From: Alphaproteobacteria bacterium
GTDB lineage: Bacteria > Pseudomonadota > Alphaproteobacteria > SP197
Assembly: GCA_965215635.1 (NCBI GenBank)
Contig: CBDCEA010000004.1
Coordinates: forward strand, 48,492 to 112,491
Length of the DNA: 64,000 bases
Direction of reading: 5' to 3'
Positions 53,398 through 64,000 of this stretch are shown in pieces (the stretch's first letter is position 1; the number at the start of each line of letters is the position of its first letter). The position numbers and the translations under genes were made by a program. The notes under the pieces were generated by a model. The model saw only the letters and a list, made by a program, of their open reading frames with translations, was not told the DNA's origin and did no database searches.

Positions 53398-54264
53398 ATG
53401 AGACTGACACCAAGAATGTGGGCGGCAGGAGCAATGATGCTTGCGCTGGCAGGTTGCGGCACGCCGTCCTCGATCGAGCGGGTGGCGATGATGGACGCCG
53501 GGGAAGACGCGTTCCTCGCACATCTGCACGCCGGCTATGTGGATCTTGCCCGCAAGGAAGCCGGTTTCTACGACTGGATCGATGCTGCCAACTTCCGCGA
53601 CAAGGCCGAGGCGGCGTCGTCAGGCGTCCTTGTCCTGCCTTGGGATCCTGCCGGCTGGAGCATCGATTCCGAGGAAACGATGGCACTTCTCGCCGGTGAG
53701 CGGACGGCCCTGATGGCCGAACTCGACAGCGGCGATCGCGCCGAACTGCCCGAGGCAGCAGCGCGGGCCCAGACCATGTTCGACTGCTGGGTCGAAGAGG
53801 CCGAGGAAGGGCCCGAGCATCCCGGTCCGATCGCGGCTCACCAGGTTGTGCAGATGGCGCTGTGCCGGGACGCCTTCTTCACCGCGATGGAAGAACTCCT
53901 CTATGTGGAGCCCGATCCCGTGGCGGAGGAGCCGCAGACGGAGTTCATCGTCTATTTCGCCTGGGACCGTTCGGACCTCTCGGCGCTCGCTCAGGGATTC
54001 CTCGACAGCGTGGCGGCCGAGGCCATACGCCAGCAACCGTCGAACATCGTGATCGCGGGCCATGCCGATACCGCGGGCAGTGTCGAATTCAACGTCGGCC
54101 TCTCGGAGCGGCGCGCGAAGTCGGTTGCCGGTCACCTCGCCGCAGCGGGAGTAGATGCCTCGATCCTCGATCTGAGATGGTACGGCGAATCGATGCCGGC
54201 CGTCGACACGGGTGACGGGGTCCGCAGCCCCAGCAACCGGCGTGTGGAGATCACCTTCGAGTGA
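53398..54264 (+). CDS. OmpA-family lipoprotein (C-terminal OmpA-like peptidoglycan-binding domain)
   Basis: Lipobox LALAGCG. C-terminal FAWDRSDLS...GHADTAGS...NRRVEI. Confidence 0.75.
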   Translation: MRLTPRMWAAGAMMLALAGCGTPSSIERVAMMDAGEDAFLAHLHAGYVDLARKEAGFYDWIDAANFRDKAEAASSGVLVLPWDPAGWSIDSEETMALLAGERTALMAELDSGDRAELPEAAARAQTMFDCWVEEAEEGPEHPGPIAAHQVVQMALCRDAFFTAMEELLYVEPDPVAEEPQTEFIVYFAWDRSDLSALAQGFLDSVAAEAIRQQPSNIVIAGHADTAGSVEFNVGLSERRAKSVAGHLAAAGVDASILDLRWYGESMPAVDTGDGVRSPSNRRVEITFE

Positions 54265-54297
54265 TGTCACCGACAACATCCCCTTGAAGCGATCATC

Positions 54298-54340
54298 GGG
54301 CCGTATCCAGGATCAAGCGGATACGGCCCGGTCTTTCAGC
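54298..54340 (+). terminator. Intrinsic terminator hairpin GGGCCGTATCC-N10-GGATACGGCCC followed by a T-rich run
   Basis: Perfect 11-bp stem 34 nt after the OmpA-like gene stop. Confidence 0.5.
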
Positions 54341-54811
54341 AAGGCCGGGCGTTTGCCTGGACACGCACCCGGATCGAAGATCGGTGTCCGCGTGCCCTGA
54401 AGCCGTCCTGGGAGTGCCGGGTATCCGGTCACTGTTCAGGAGCGTTCGAATGATCGGGATAAGTCCCGTTTGTGTGACGCCATGTCCTCGAAGTGCGGGA
54501 CGAACACGCCGGGGATTGTCGAAACCCGTTGAGGCAGCATGATCGTCAGGTGCCGGTCGGGTTACATGTTGGCGGAGCGCCCTGGTTGAGGGACGAACGG
54601 TTCATGATCTGGCGGTCCCGCCTTTGCACGGCAGTATTCGGAAAGCCGGATGATTTCCCTGAGTGTCTTCCGGCACCCACGAAGTCGATGTCAACGCGTG
54701 TGTCGATCAGGGGGATTTGCCGATGAACCATACACGCGCGACTTTATCGCCGCGGCGCAGGGACGCCGTCGGCAGGCAAGCCGGCAAACTTGGCCGACTG
54801 ATGGAGGGACC

Positions 54812-55174
54812 ATGTCCGACGATACCAGCCGCCGCGTGATCCTGCGCAGCGATGACGCCGGGAAGTTCGTGCCCTACGACCGCTACGGCGAACCCATACC
54901 GGGGCTTTCGTGGATCAACATCAGCCACGATCCGGAAACCGGACGCGGTTCCTACTTCCTGCGCATGGAACCTGACTGTTCGTCGCTACGCCACGAACAT
55001 GTCGATTACGAGGATTTTCTCGTGGTCGAGGGGGAACTCATCGACGATGACGGGACCGTGTTCCGCCAGGGGGATTTCGTGTCGTTCAGGCCCGGAACGG
55101 TCCACTCATCGACCACCCAAACGGGGTGCACGCTGGCTGTCTTCCTGCGCACGGGCAACCGTCTGGTGACATGA
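54812..55174 (+). CDS. Cupin-domain protein (ChrR-like C-terminal cupin)
   Basis: 120-aa. Cupin beta-barrel motif HEHVDYEDFLVVEGEL...GTVH. Confidence 0.55.
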   Translation: MSDDTSRRVILRSDDAGKFVPYDRYGEPIPGLSWINISHDPETGRGSYFLRMEPDCSSLRHEHVDYEDFLVVEGELIDDDGTVFRQGDFVSFRPGTVHSSTTQTGCTLAVFLRTGNRLVT

Positions 55175-55178
55175 AAAA

Positions 55179-55208
55179 GGGGCCGCGACGATCGCGCGGC
55201 CCCTTGTG
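55179..55208. terminator. Bidirectional intrinsic terminator GGGGCCGCG-ACGATC-GCGCGGCCCC with an A5/T5 flank
   Basis: Sits between the convergent cupin gene and groEL2. The T-run follows the hairpin on the minus strand. Confidence 0.6.
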
Positions 55209-55230
55209 TGCCCGGACGATGGCGAAGGCC

Positions 55231-57269
<2,039 letters not shown>

Positions 57270-57311
57270 GGGCTCTTTCCCTTTCCTGAACGTTATGCCG
57301 GTGTCTGCCGA

Positions 57312-57348
57312 GTGTGCTGGCACTCAACGACAGTGAGTGCCAGCACAC
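57312..57348. promoter_or_regulatory. CIRCE element CTGGCACTC-N9-GAGTGCCAG (extended palindrome GTGTGCTGGCACTC...GAGTGCCAGCACAC) upstream of groES2
   Basis: Inverted repeat with a 9-nt spacer about 45 nt upstream of the groES2 start. Confidence 0.7.
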
Positions 57349-57798
57349 ATGGTGTCGCGATTCCGGCTGTCAACCGGCAAGGGGCCGCAGCATCGAAATT
57401 TTTCGATTGCCCGAGGTGTTGCCATGAATTTGCCGCAGCGGTGGAGCAGAGTGCTCCCGCACAGGCAACCCGGGAAGCCCGGCCCGGCGTCCCCTCCCAC
57501 GTCGCGTCCGCCGGACTTCCTCATCGAAGCGGTTGTTTGCCGGTCGGCCGTTTTCCCCCTTGGCGGCCGTCGGTGAGGGGCCGTGCGGTAACGGGCGAGG
57601 CTGCCACCACGTCAGGGGCGAGCCTTCCCCCACGGCACGGCCCCGAATTCTCGATACCTCACATGATGGCGATGAACCGGATTCGATGTACAATCGAACG
57701 CTGGCAGGCATGGTGAAGGTTGTGTTAAAGGTGTTAGAACTGAAGGAATCGGGACCATCGACGAACATGGCTCGGTTGTTCAAGGAGGAAGTGTTGCC

Positions 57799-58737
57799 AT
57801 GACGGATCAAACGCAGGCCGTTGGCGCCCAACCGTACAGCGATCAGCGGACATCCTTGATGTTCCGGGTGAACGCGGTGTTCCTCAGGCACGAGTGGATC
57901 AGGGGCTACACGCTGTTGACGCCGACACTCCTCGTCATGATCCTGCTGATGTGCCTGCCGCTGTTCCAGCTGGTGGCCTACAGCTTCTGGACCCAGAACT
58001 ACCTCGACATCGACAAGACCTTCACGCTTACCAACTACGAGGCCTTCTTCCAGAAGCCCATCTATGTCGCGCTGATCATGAAGTCGATCCGGATGTCGCT
58101 CTTCTGCACCTTCGTGACGATCATCCTGGCCTATCCTATGGCCTACTTCATCGCCTTCAAGGTCAAGAGCAACAAGCTGGTCTGGCTCATCCTCATCACC
58201 GTGCCGTTCTGGACGAGCTACCTGCTTCGCGTGTTCGCCTGGAAGGTCATCCTCGGATACAACGGCGTCATCAATTCAGGCCTGATCAACACGAGCCTGC
58301 TCGACGAGCCCCTGCAGTTTCTTCTCTACAACCCGACGGCCGTGGTGCTCACCCTGGCCCACGCCTGGGCCGCCTTCGCCATTCTTCCGATCTACGTGTC
58401 GCTGGAGAAGATCGACAGATCCTATCTCGAGGCCGCGACGGATCTCGGCGACACGCCATCCGAACGATTCTGGCGGGTCACCTGGCCGCTTTCGCTGCCC
58501 GGCGTGATCGCCGCCGGACTGCTGGTCTTCATCCCGACGGTTGCCGACTACGTGACGCCTCGCCTTGTGGGCGGCACCACCGGAATCATGATCGGCAACA
58601 TCATCCAGTCCCAGTTCGGCAAGGCGAACAACTGGCCGCTGGGCGCTGCGCTTTCGGTGATCGTGATGCTGATGATCGCGTTCCTGGTGGTCGTTTTCAT
58701 TGTCTCGACAACTCGCGGAAGGGCTCGAACCAGATGA
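57799..58737 (+). CDS. ABC transporter permease (PotB/spermidine-putrescine type)
   Basis: Six-TM permease with an EAA-like loop. The operon lacks an adjacent binding-protein gene. Confidence 0.8.
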   Translation: MTDQTQAVGAQPYSDQRTSLMFRVNAVFLRHEWIRGYTLLTPTLLVMILLMCLPLFQLVAYSFWTQNYLDIDKTFTLTNYEAFFQKPIYVALIMKSIRMSLFCTFVTIILAYPMAYFIAFKVKSNKLVWLILITVPFWTSYLLRVFAWKVILGYNGVINSGLINTSLLDEPLQFLLYNPTAVVLTLAHAWAAFAILPIYVSLEKIDRSYLEAATDLGDTPSERFWRVTWPLSLPGVIAAGLLVFIPTVADYVTPRLVGGTTGIMIGNIIQSQFGKANNWPLGAALSVIVMLMIAFLVVVFIVSTTRGRARTR

Positions 58738-59645
58738 CCGACGCGACGCTCCACGAACCCGGAAATCTCACGGCCGAAAAGGCTGCGCAGGACACGCGTG
58801 GCGAGGAATTACCGCAGCTCGTCGCCTCGAAGCATGAGGGCTACCACTGGACTTCCGAGGCTCCGATGTTCCTCTATGCGGTCTGGTATCTGGCGTTTCT
58901 CTATATCCCCGTGCTGTTCCTGCCGCTCTTCTCCTTCAACGATTCGATCTATGTCGCGTTCCCGCTCAAGGGTTTCACGCTTGAGTGGTACAATGACCTG
59001 GTAAATACGCCGGCGCTTCTCGGAGCGCTGCAGAACAGCCTCAAGGTCGGAGGTGCGGTCGCGGTGGCCTCCACGCTCCTCGGGCTGTTCGCGGCCAAGG
59101 CAATGACCCGGTACATGATGCCCGGCAAGGCCGGTATCACCGCCTTCATCATGCTGCCGCTGGTCGTGCCGGGTATCATTCTCGGGATTTCGCTGCTCGT
59201 CATGACCAAGAGCGCAGGCGCGGATCTTTCCCTTTACACGATCGGACTGGCGCACACGCTGGTCAGCGTACCGTTCGCCATGCTGGTCCTGATTTCCCGA
59301 CTCGAGGGATTCGACAGGCATCTCGAGGAAGCCTCGCTCGATCTGGGTGAAGGGCCCGTCCTGACCTTCTTTCGGGTGACCCTGCCGCTTTCCTGGCCGG
59401 GCATCCTGGCGAGCCTGTTGCTGACCTTCACGATATCGTTCGACGAGTTCATTCTCGCGTTCTTCCTGGCGGGCAACGAAGTGACGCTTCCGATTTACAT
59501 CTGGAGCCAGCTGCGCTTTCCGAGCAGGCTGCCGATGGTTCTCGCGCTCGGCGCCACCATCCTGATCTTCTCGTTCTTCATCGTTACCTTGGCCGAAACC
59601 GTGCGCAGGCGCGGTGTCGGTACACAGTCCGGATCAGCGATCTGA
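58734..59645 (+). CDS. ABC transporter permease (PotC type)
   Basis: Its ATG overlaps the potB-like stop (ATGA). Permease fold. Confidence 0.8.
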   Translation: MTDATLHEPGNLTAEKAAQDTRGEELPQLVASKHEGYHWTSEAPMFLYAVWYLAFLYIPVLFLPLFSFNDSIYVAFPLKGFTLEWYNDLVNTPALLGALQNSLKVGGAVAVASTLLGLFAAKAMTRYMMPGKAGITAFIMLPLVVPGIILGISLLVMTKSAGADLSLYTIGLAHTLVSVPFAMLVLISRLEGFDRHLEEASLDLGEGPVLTFFRVTLPLSWPGILASLLLTFTISFDEFILAFFLAGNEVTLPIYIWSQLRFPSRLPMVLALGATILIFSFFIVTLAETVRRRGVGTQSGSAI

Positions 59646-59708
59646 TCTCCGGGCAGGAGGCGCTGGGCCGGCAGGCTTTCATTCAACACAACCTGATGGG
59701 CATGGCCA

Positions 59709-60806
59709 ATGGCACGTGACAATTACATCTCGATGAAAAACACGTCGAAGCACTTCGGCAGCGTCAGGGCTGTCGACGACGTGACCTTCGATATCGGCGA
59801 GGGTGAATTCTTCTCGCTGCTTGGCGCATCGGGTTGCGGCAAGACGACGCTGCTGCGCATGCTGGCGGGATTCGAACAGCCCACCCTGGGGAATATCTTC
59901 ATCGACGGCCAGCCGCAGGCAGGGGTGCCGCCGCACCACCGCGAGGTCAACATGGTGTTCCAGAACTACGCCATCTTTCCGCACCTCAACGTGAACAAGA
60001 ACATCGCCTACGGCATGCGCAAGTCGGGCCTCTCCAAGGCAGAAGTCGACGGCAAGGTCGAGGAGATGCTTGAGCTGATCAAGCTGCCGGGTTACGGCTC
60101 GCGCGGTGCGCATCAGCTGTCCGGCGGACAGAGGCAGCGGGTCGCGCTTGCGCGGGCGCTCATCAAGCAGCCCAAGGTGCTGCTGCTCGACGAACCTCTC
60201 GGCGCGCTTGACAAGAAACTGCGCGAACAGATGCAGCTTGAGCTTCGGGCCCTGCAACGTGACGTGGGCATCACCTTCGTTTTCGTGACTCACGATCAGG
60301 AAGAGGCCATGACCATGTCGGACCGCATCGCGGTGATGTCGCTGGGCAGGGTGCTCCAGATCGACTCGCCGACGCGGCTCTACGAGGTGCCGAAAGTCAA
60401 GGAGGTCGCGGACTTCATCGGAACGATCAATCTTTTCGAGGGATCCATCAGGGGCCGCGAGGGCGAGAGCACCGTCGTCGATGCCGAGGGCCTGGGAACC
60501 GTCCGTTCGACAGCATCCGGTACCGATGCGCCCGAGTCGGGACCCATCACCGTCGCCATCCGTCCCGAGAAGTTCAATCTGACTTTCAGGAAACCCGAAG
60601 CGGCGGGAAACCTGGTGACGGGTTTCATGCAGGCAGCCGCCTACCTGGGTGACCGGAGCCACTACTATGTCACCGTGGAGGGACGCGAGACACCGATCGC
60701 CGTTGCTGCCCAGAATGCGCAACGCCAGCTCACCGTCGTGGGCGAGCACCACGAGAAGGTCTGGCTGACCTGGCATGACGATTCGGCGCTTCTGCTGACC
60801 GCCTGA
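59709..60806 (+). CDS. ABC transporter ATP-binding protein (PotA type with C-terminal TOBE domain)
   Basis: Walker A GASGCGKTT, signature LSGGQRQRV, Walker B LLLDEP. Confidence 0.85.
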   Translation: MARDNYISMKNTSKHFGSVRAVDDVTFDIGEGEFFSLLGASGCGKTTLLRMLAGFEQPTLGNIFIDGQPQAGVPPHHREVNMVFQNYAIFPHLNVNKNIAYGMRKSGLSKAEVDGKVEEMLELIKLPGYGSRGAHQLSGGQRQRVALARALIKQPKVLLLDEPLGALDKKLREQMQLELRALQRDVGITFVFVTHDQEEAMTMSDRIAVMSLGRVLQIDSPTRLYEVPKVKEVADFIGTINLFEGSIRGREGESTVVDAEGLGTVRSTASGTDAPESGPITVAIRPEKFNLTFRKPEAAGNLVTGFMQAAAYLGDRSHYYVTVEGRETPIAVAAQNAQRQLTVVGEHHEKVWLTWHDDSALLLTA

Positions 60807-60841
60807 CTTTCTTCCCGGACGAGCGGGCGGACTTCAAGCGG

Positions 60842-62038
60842 ATGCGCTATGCCGCAACTGTCGCCCGTCTGGAAAACGAGGGATCGCGGGCATGGGACAT
60901 TCATTACCGTGCCGGGGACTACCTCGGTGAAGGCCGTGATGTCGTCATCCTGAGCATCGGGGATCCCGATTTCCCGACACCCGCAGGGATCACCCGGGCA
61001 ATGGTGGAGAGCCTCAACAGGGGCGATACCCATTACGGCACGGTCGACGGCGCTCCGGAACTCAAATGTGCCATCGCGGCCTGGTATTCCCGCCGTTCGG
61101 GGAGGGAGGTGTCCGGGGAAAACATCACCGTCACCCCGGGCGCCCAGGGTGCGCTCTTCGGCGCAATCATGTGCCTTGCCGAGGCCGGTGACGAGGTCGT
61201 GGTCCCGCAACCGGTCTATGTGACCTATGATTCCGTCGTCCAGGCGAGTGGAGCCACGCTGGTCAGCATTCCCTTGCGGCCGGAAAGGAAGTTCCATCTC
61301 GACCCCGATGATGTCGCGGCGGCGATCACCGGCAGGACGCGTGTCATCTTGATCAACACGCCGCACAATCCGACAGGTGCCGCCTACCGTCTGGAGGATC
61401 TCGAAGCCCTGGCTGAGCTCTGCGTCGCGAACGATCTCTGGCTCGTGTGCGACGAAGTCTACAGCCGGACGCTGTTCGATGGCCGCAGGCATGTTTCCCC
61501 TTCATGCCTTCCCGGCATGGCCGAGAGAACCATCGTGGTCGACAGCCTTTCCAAGTCCCATGCCATGACCGGATGGCGTGTCGGCTGGACGGTGGGCCCG
61601 GCCGAGTTTGCCCGGCACATGTACAACCTTTCGCTGGCGTTCCACTATGGCTTGCCGACTTTCATCCAGTCCGCCGCCGTCGAGGCGTTCACCGGCAGCT
61701 TTCCCGAGGTCGAGGAGATGGCGCGGCGTTACGAGGCGCGGCGCAATCTGGTGTGCGATATCCTGGCGAAGGCTCCGAATCTCGGCGTCGTCAGACCCGA
61801 GGGCTCCTGTTTCATGATGGTCGACGTGCGCGCCACGGGACTTTCGTCCATGGAGTTCTCCGAGAGACTTCTGGAGGAAGCGGGCGTGTCGGCACTCGCC
61901 TGCGAGAGTTTCGGCGAAGGGGGCGCCGGCTTCATCAGGCTGTCGTTGACGGCACCCGAGGAGGATCTCTCGAAGGCGGCACAACGCATCGTCCGGTTCG
62001 CTGGCTTGCATTCGGGTGGTTCCGCCACCACGTCATGA
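60842..62038 (+). CDS. Pyridoxal-phosphate-dependent class I aminotransferase
   Basis: NTPHNPTG and SLSKSHAMTGWRVG (the PLP lysine in the SKS motif). Confidence 0.8.
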   Translation: MRYAATVARLENEGSRAWDIHYRAGDYLGEGRDVVILSIGDPDFPTPAGITRAMVESLNRGDTHYGTVDGAPELKCAIAAWYSRRSGREVSGENITVTPGAQGALFGAIMCLAEAGDEVVVPQPVYVTYDSVVQASGATLVSIPLRPERKFHLDPDDVAAAITGRTRVILINTPHNPTGAAYRLEDLEALAELCVANDLWLVCDEVYSRTLFDGRRHVSPSCLPGMAERTIVVDSLSKSHAMTGWRVGWTVGPAEFARHMYNLSLAFHYGLPTFIQSAAVEAFTGSFPEVEEMARRYEARRNLVCDILAKAPNLGVVRPEGSCFMMVDVRATGLSSMEFSERLLEEAGVSALACESFGEGGAGFIRLSLTAPEEDLSKAAQRIVRFAGLHSGGSATTS

Positions 62039-62046
62039 AACACGCA

Positions 62047-62613
62047 ATGCCCCGAAAGTGTCAGGACATGAAGGAGACTTTAACGCCGGCACGCCGTGCC
62101 TGGTACGCCGCTCCGTTCCTCGTGTTCGCCGCCCTTGCGGTGTCGCTGGCTATCGGTCTGGAACGCGATCCGGATTATGTGCCGTCCGCACTGATCGGAG
62201 AACCTGTGCCCCACACCTCCCTGCCGCCCGTGGAGGGGTACGGCCCGCCTTTCGAGGCCCGGGACTTCAGGGGCCGGGTAACCCTGATCAACGTCTTTGC
62301 GTCGTGGTGCACGAGCTGCCTTGAAGAGCATCCTCTGTTGATGGAGATCGCCTCGAGCGGCATTGCACCTGTCTTCGGCCTTGCCTACAAGGATGGGGCC
62401 TCGACGGCATGGCTGAAACGCCACGGTAACCCCTATGCGGCGACCGGAGCAGATACCGATGGCAGGGCAGGCCTGGAATGGGGTGTGCGCGGCGTACCGG
62501 AGACCTTCGTGGTGGATGCTGAAGGCATCGTCACCTACAAGCATGTCGGCCCGATCACGGCCGAGGTCTGGCGGGACGTGATGGCACCCCTGATTACCGG
62601 AGCGGGTTCGTGA
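62047..62613 (+). CDS. Thiol:disulfide oxidoreductase, DsbE/TlpA-like (WCTSC active site)
   Basis: N-terminal TM anchor, thioredoxin fold, CxxC motif WCTSC. The start is 62047 or 62068. Confidence 0.65.
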   Translation: MPRKCQDMKETLTPARRAWYAAPFLVFAALAVSLAIGLERDPDYVPSALIGEPVPHTSLPPVEGYGPPFEARDFRGRVTLINVFASWCTSCLEEHPLLMEIASSGIAPVFGLAYKDGASTAWLKRHGNPYAATGADTDGRAGLEWGVRGVPETFVVDAEGIVTYKHVGPITAEVWRDVMAPLITGAGS

Positions 62614-63161
62614 GACACCATCTCGCAGCGGTTCTTCTTCTTTTGGTCCTCATGGTGCCGGCGCACGCCGAGGATTCTTCCGCCTTCGTCAATCTGGCCT
62701 GGCTGGATCCTCCCTACGAGGTTCCGGTGACCCCTTACGGGACCGAGGGAGGAGGCACCGGCACACTCGCAGGTTTCCGTGGCAAGGCCGTTGTGCTGAA
62801 CTTCTGGGCAACCTGGTGTCCGCCCTGCCTGAAGGAGCTGCCGTCGCTCGATCGCCTCGCGGACCGGCATGGCGGTGACCATCTCGCCGTTGTGACCATG
62901 GCGGCGGACAGGGCGAGCGAGGAGAGGATTCGGGAATTCCACATCGAGCACGGTCTCGCGAATCTCGGCATCTACCGCGACCCGACGATGGGGCTCGCGC
63001 GCTCCATGAGACTCTTCGGTCTGCCGACAACCTTCCTGATCGACCATCAAGGCCGGGTGGTGGCGCAGCTGGTCGGCGAGGCGGAATGGGACAGCCCGCA
63101 AGCGCTCGCGGTGATCCTGCCTCTTGCGGCCGCAGCGACCGGGGAGACCGCAGACCCCTGA
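62610..63161 (+). CDS. TlpA-family periplasmic thioredoxin (WCPPC)
   Basis: Signal peptide. NFWATWCPPCLKELP. Confidence 0.7.
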   Translation: MRHHLAAVLLLLVLMVPAHAEDSSAFVNLAWLDPPYEVPVTPYGTEGGGTGTLAGFRGKAVVLNFWATWCPPCLKELPSLDRLADRHGGDHLAVVTMAADRASEERIREFHIEHGLANLGIYRDPTMGLARSMRLFGLPTTFLIDHQGRVVAQLVGEAEWDSPQALAVILPLAAAATGETADP

Positions 63162-63901
63162 TGGTCGACATCCATGGCATCGAGGTGAGCGCGGCGTTCG
63201 CCGCAGGCGTTGTCTCCTTCCTCTCGCCCTGTGTCCTTCCCCTTGTCCCGGCTTACGTCTCCTATATCGCGGGTGTTTCCGTCGACGATCTCGCGCGCGA
63301 GGAGGAAAGCGGCAGAAGGCCCGCAATCCTGATGTTGAGCGTCATGTTCGTGCTCGGCTTTTCGACCGTGTTCGTCCTCCTGGGCGCAGGCGCCACCGCC
63401 ACAGGAGAGTTCCTTCTGCGGCACAGCATCATCCTTCTCGATATCGCCGGAGTCATTGTCATCCTCTTCGGGCTGGCCATGATGGGCGTCGTGCGCCTGC
63501 CCGTGCTCCAGCGCGACATGAGGTTTCATCCTGCAGTTGCGGGGGGCAGGGCAGGTGGCGCCTACGTTCTGGGTGCGGCCTTCGGGTTCGGCTGGACTCC
63601 CTGCATCGGTCCCATCCTTGGGAGCGTTCTGGCCATCGCCGCGGTCAACAGCACGGTTTCGGGCGGTATCGTCCTTCTTGCCATCTATGCCCTGGGTCTC
63701 GGCCTGCCGTTTCTCGCGGCCGCTGCCTTTACAGGATTCTTCCTGCGGCACCGAAGGGGGCTTGGCCGTTTCGGGCACCGCCTGCAGATCGTTTCGGGCG
63801 CCGTCCTCGTGGCCATGGGGATCGCGATGCTGACGGGCTGGCTTTCGCGCGTGGCCTGGTGGCTGCTGGAGGTTTTCCCGGGACTTGCCGTGGTCGGCTG
63901 A
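63161..63901 (+). CDS. ccdA: Cytochrome c-type biogenesis protein CcdA (DsbD transmembrane-domain family)
   Basis: Two conserved Cys in SPCVLPLVP and GWTPCIGPILG. ATG overlaps the preceding stop. Confidence 0.8.
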   Translation: MVDIHGIEVSAAFAAGVVSFLSPCVLPLVPAYVSYIAGVSVDDLAREEESGRRPAILMLSVMFVLGFSTVFVLLGAGATATGEFLLRHSIILLDIAGVIVILFGLAMMGVVRLPVLQRDMRFHPAVAGGRAGGAYVLGAAFGFGWTPCIGPILGSVLAIAAVNSTVSGGIVLLAIYALGLGLPFLAAAAFTGFFLRHRRGLGRFGHRLQIVSGAVLVAMGIAMLTGWLSRVAWWLLEVFPGLAVVG

Positions 63902-63903
63902 CG

Positions 63904-64000
63904 ATGCCGGCCCGGGAATACGAGACGTACTACGCCGTCATCAGGTCGGTTCCCCGTGGCCGGGTCATGACCTACGGCGATGTTGCAAGGGCCGCCGGCT
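63904..64000 (+). CDS. MGMT-family (O6-alkylguanine-DNA alkyltransferase-like) protein, 5' part only (runs off window)
   Basis: N-terminus MPAREYETYYAVIRSVPRGRVMTYGDVARAAG matches the MGMT DNA-binding-domain pattern (IP.GRV.TYGD.A). Confidence 0.4.
   Translation, partial: MPAREYETYYAVIRSVPRGRVMTYGDVARAAG

Noticed and set aside
54340-54810. 470-bp non-coding gap after the OmpA-like gene terminator, considered as an sRNA locus
   Set aside because: Only short junk ORFs and no clear promoter/terminator pair. There is insufficient evidence from sequence alone.

Overview
This is a high-GC (~65%) proteobacterial chromosome segment. The gene order looks alphaproteobacterial: hflK-hflC-DUF2065-degP, miaA-ilvIH-ilvC, mreBCD-mrdA-rodA, and two groESL operons each with a CIRCE operator. 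Most of the window is housekeeping: iron uptake fbpAB co-located with fumC, sspB, thyX, apbC, a histidine cluster hisG-B-H-F plus a HisA-HisIE fusion, hisD, mtnA, TAXI-TRAP and PotBCA-type transporters, and thioredoxin/ccdA genes. A ~14 kb mosaic accessory region lies between sspB (ends 6070) and thyX (starts 20434). It is bracketed by two diverged copies of a ~1 kb lipoprotein module and by a displaced 5' fragment of thyX. It carries a two-gene P-loop ATPase locus (a frameshifted PF01637-like ATPase, then a 1211-aa NTPase with about 14 tandem 44-aa TPR-like repeats), a candidate defence or signalling system with no recognisable effector. It also holds an AbiEi/AbiEii-like toxin-antitoxin pair (antitoxin interrupted by an in-frame TAG, toxin frameshifted), a truncated PAPS-reductase-like fragment, a transposase remnant and a split IS5-family element. 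A second decay hotspot sits next to tRNA-Lys(CTT), where a Rieske oxygenase is broken by at least four frameshifts beside an intact GMC oxidoreductase. Regulatory signals: a shared Fur-box-like motif upstream of fbpA and of fumC-fbpB, CIRCE elements, and several intrinsic-terminator hairpins. No CRISPR array or rRNA was seen. Functional calls rest on recognisable protein motifs in the supplied translations plus my own reading of alternate frames. No database search was possible.
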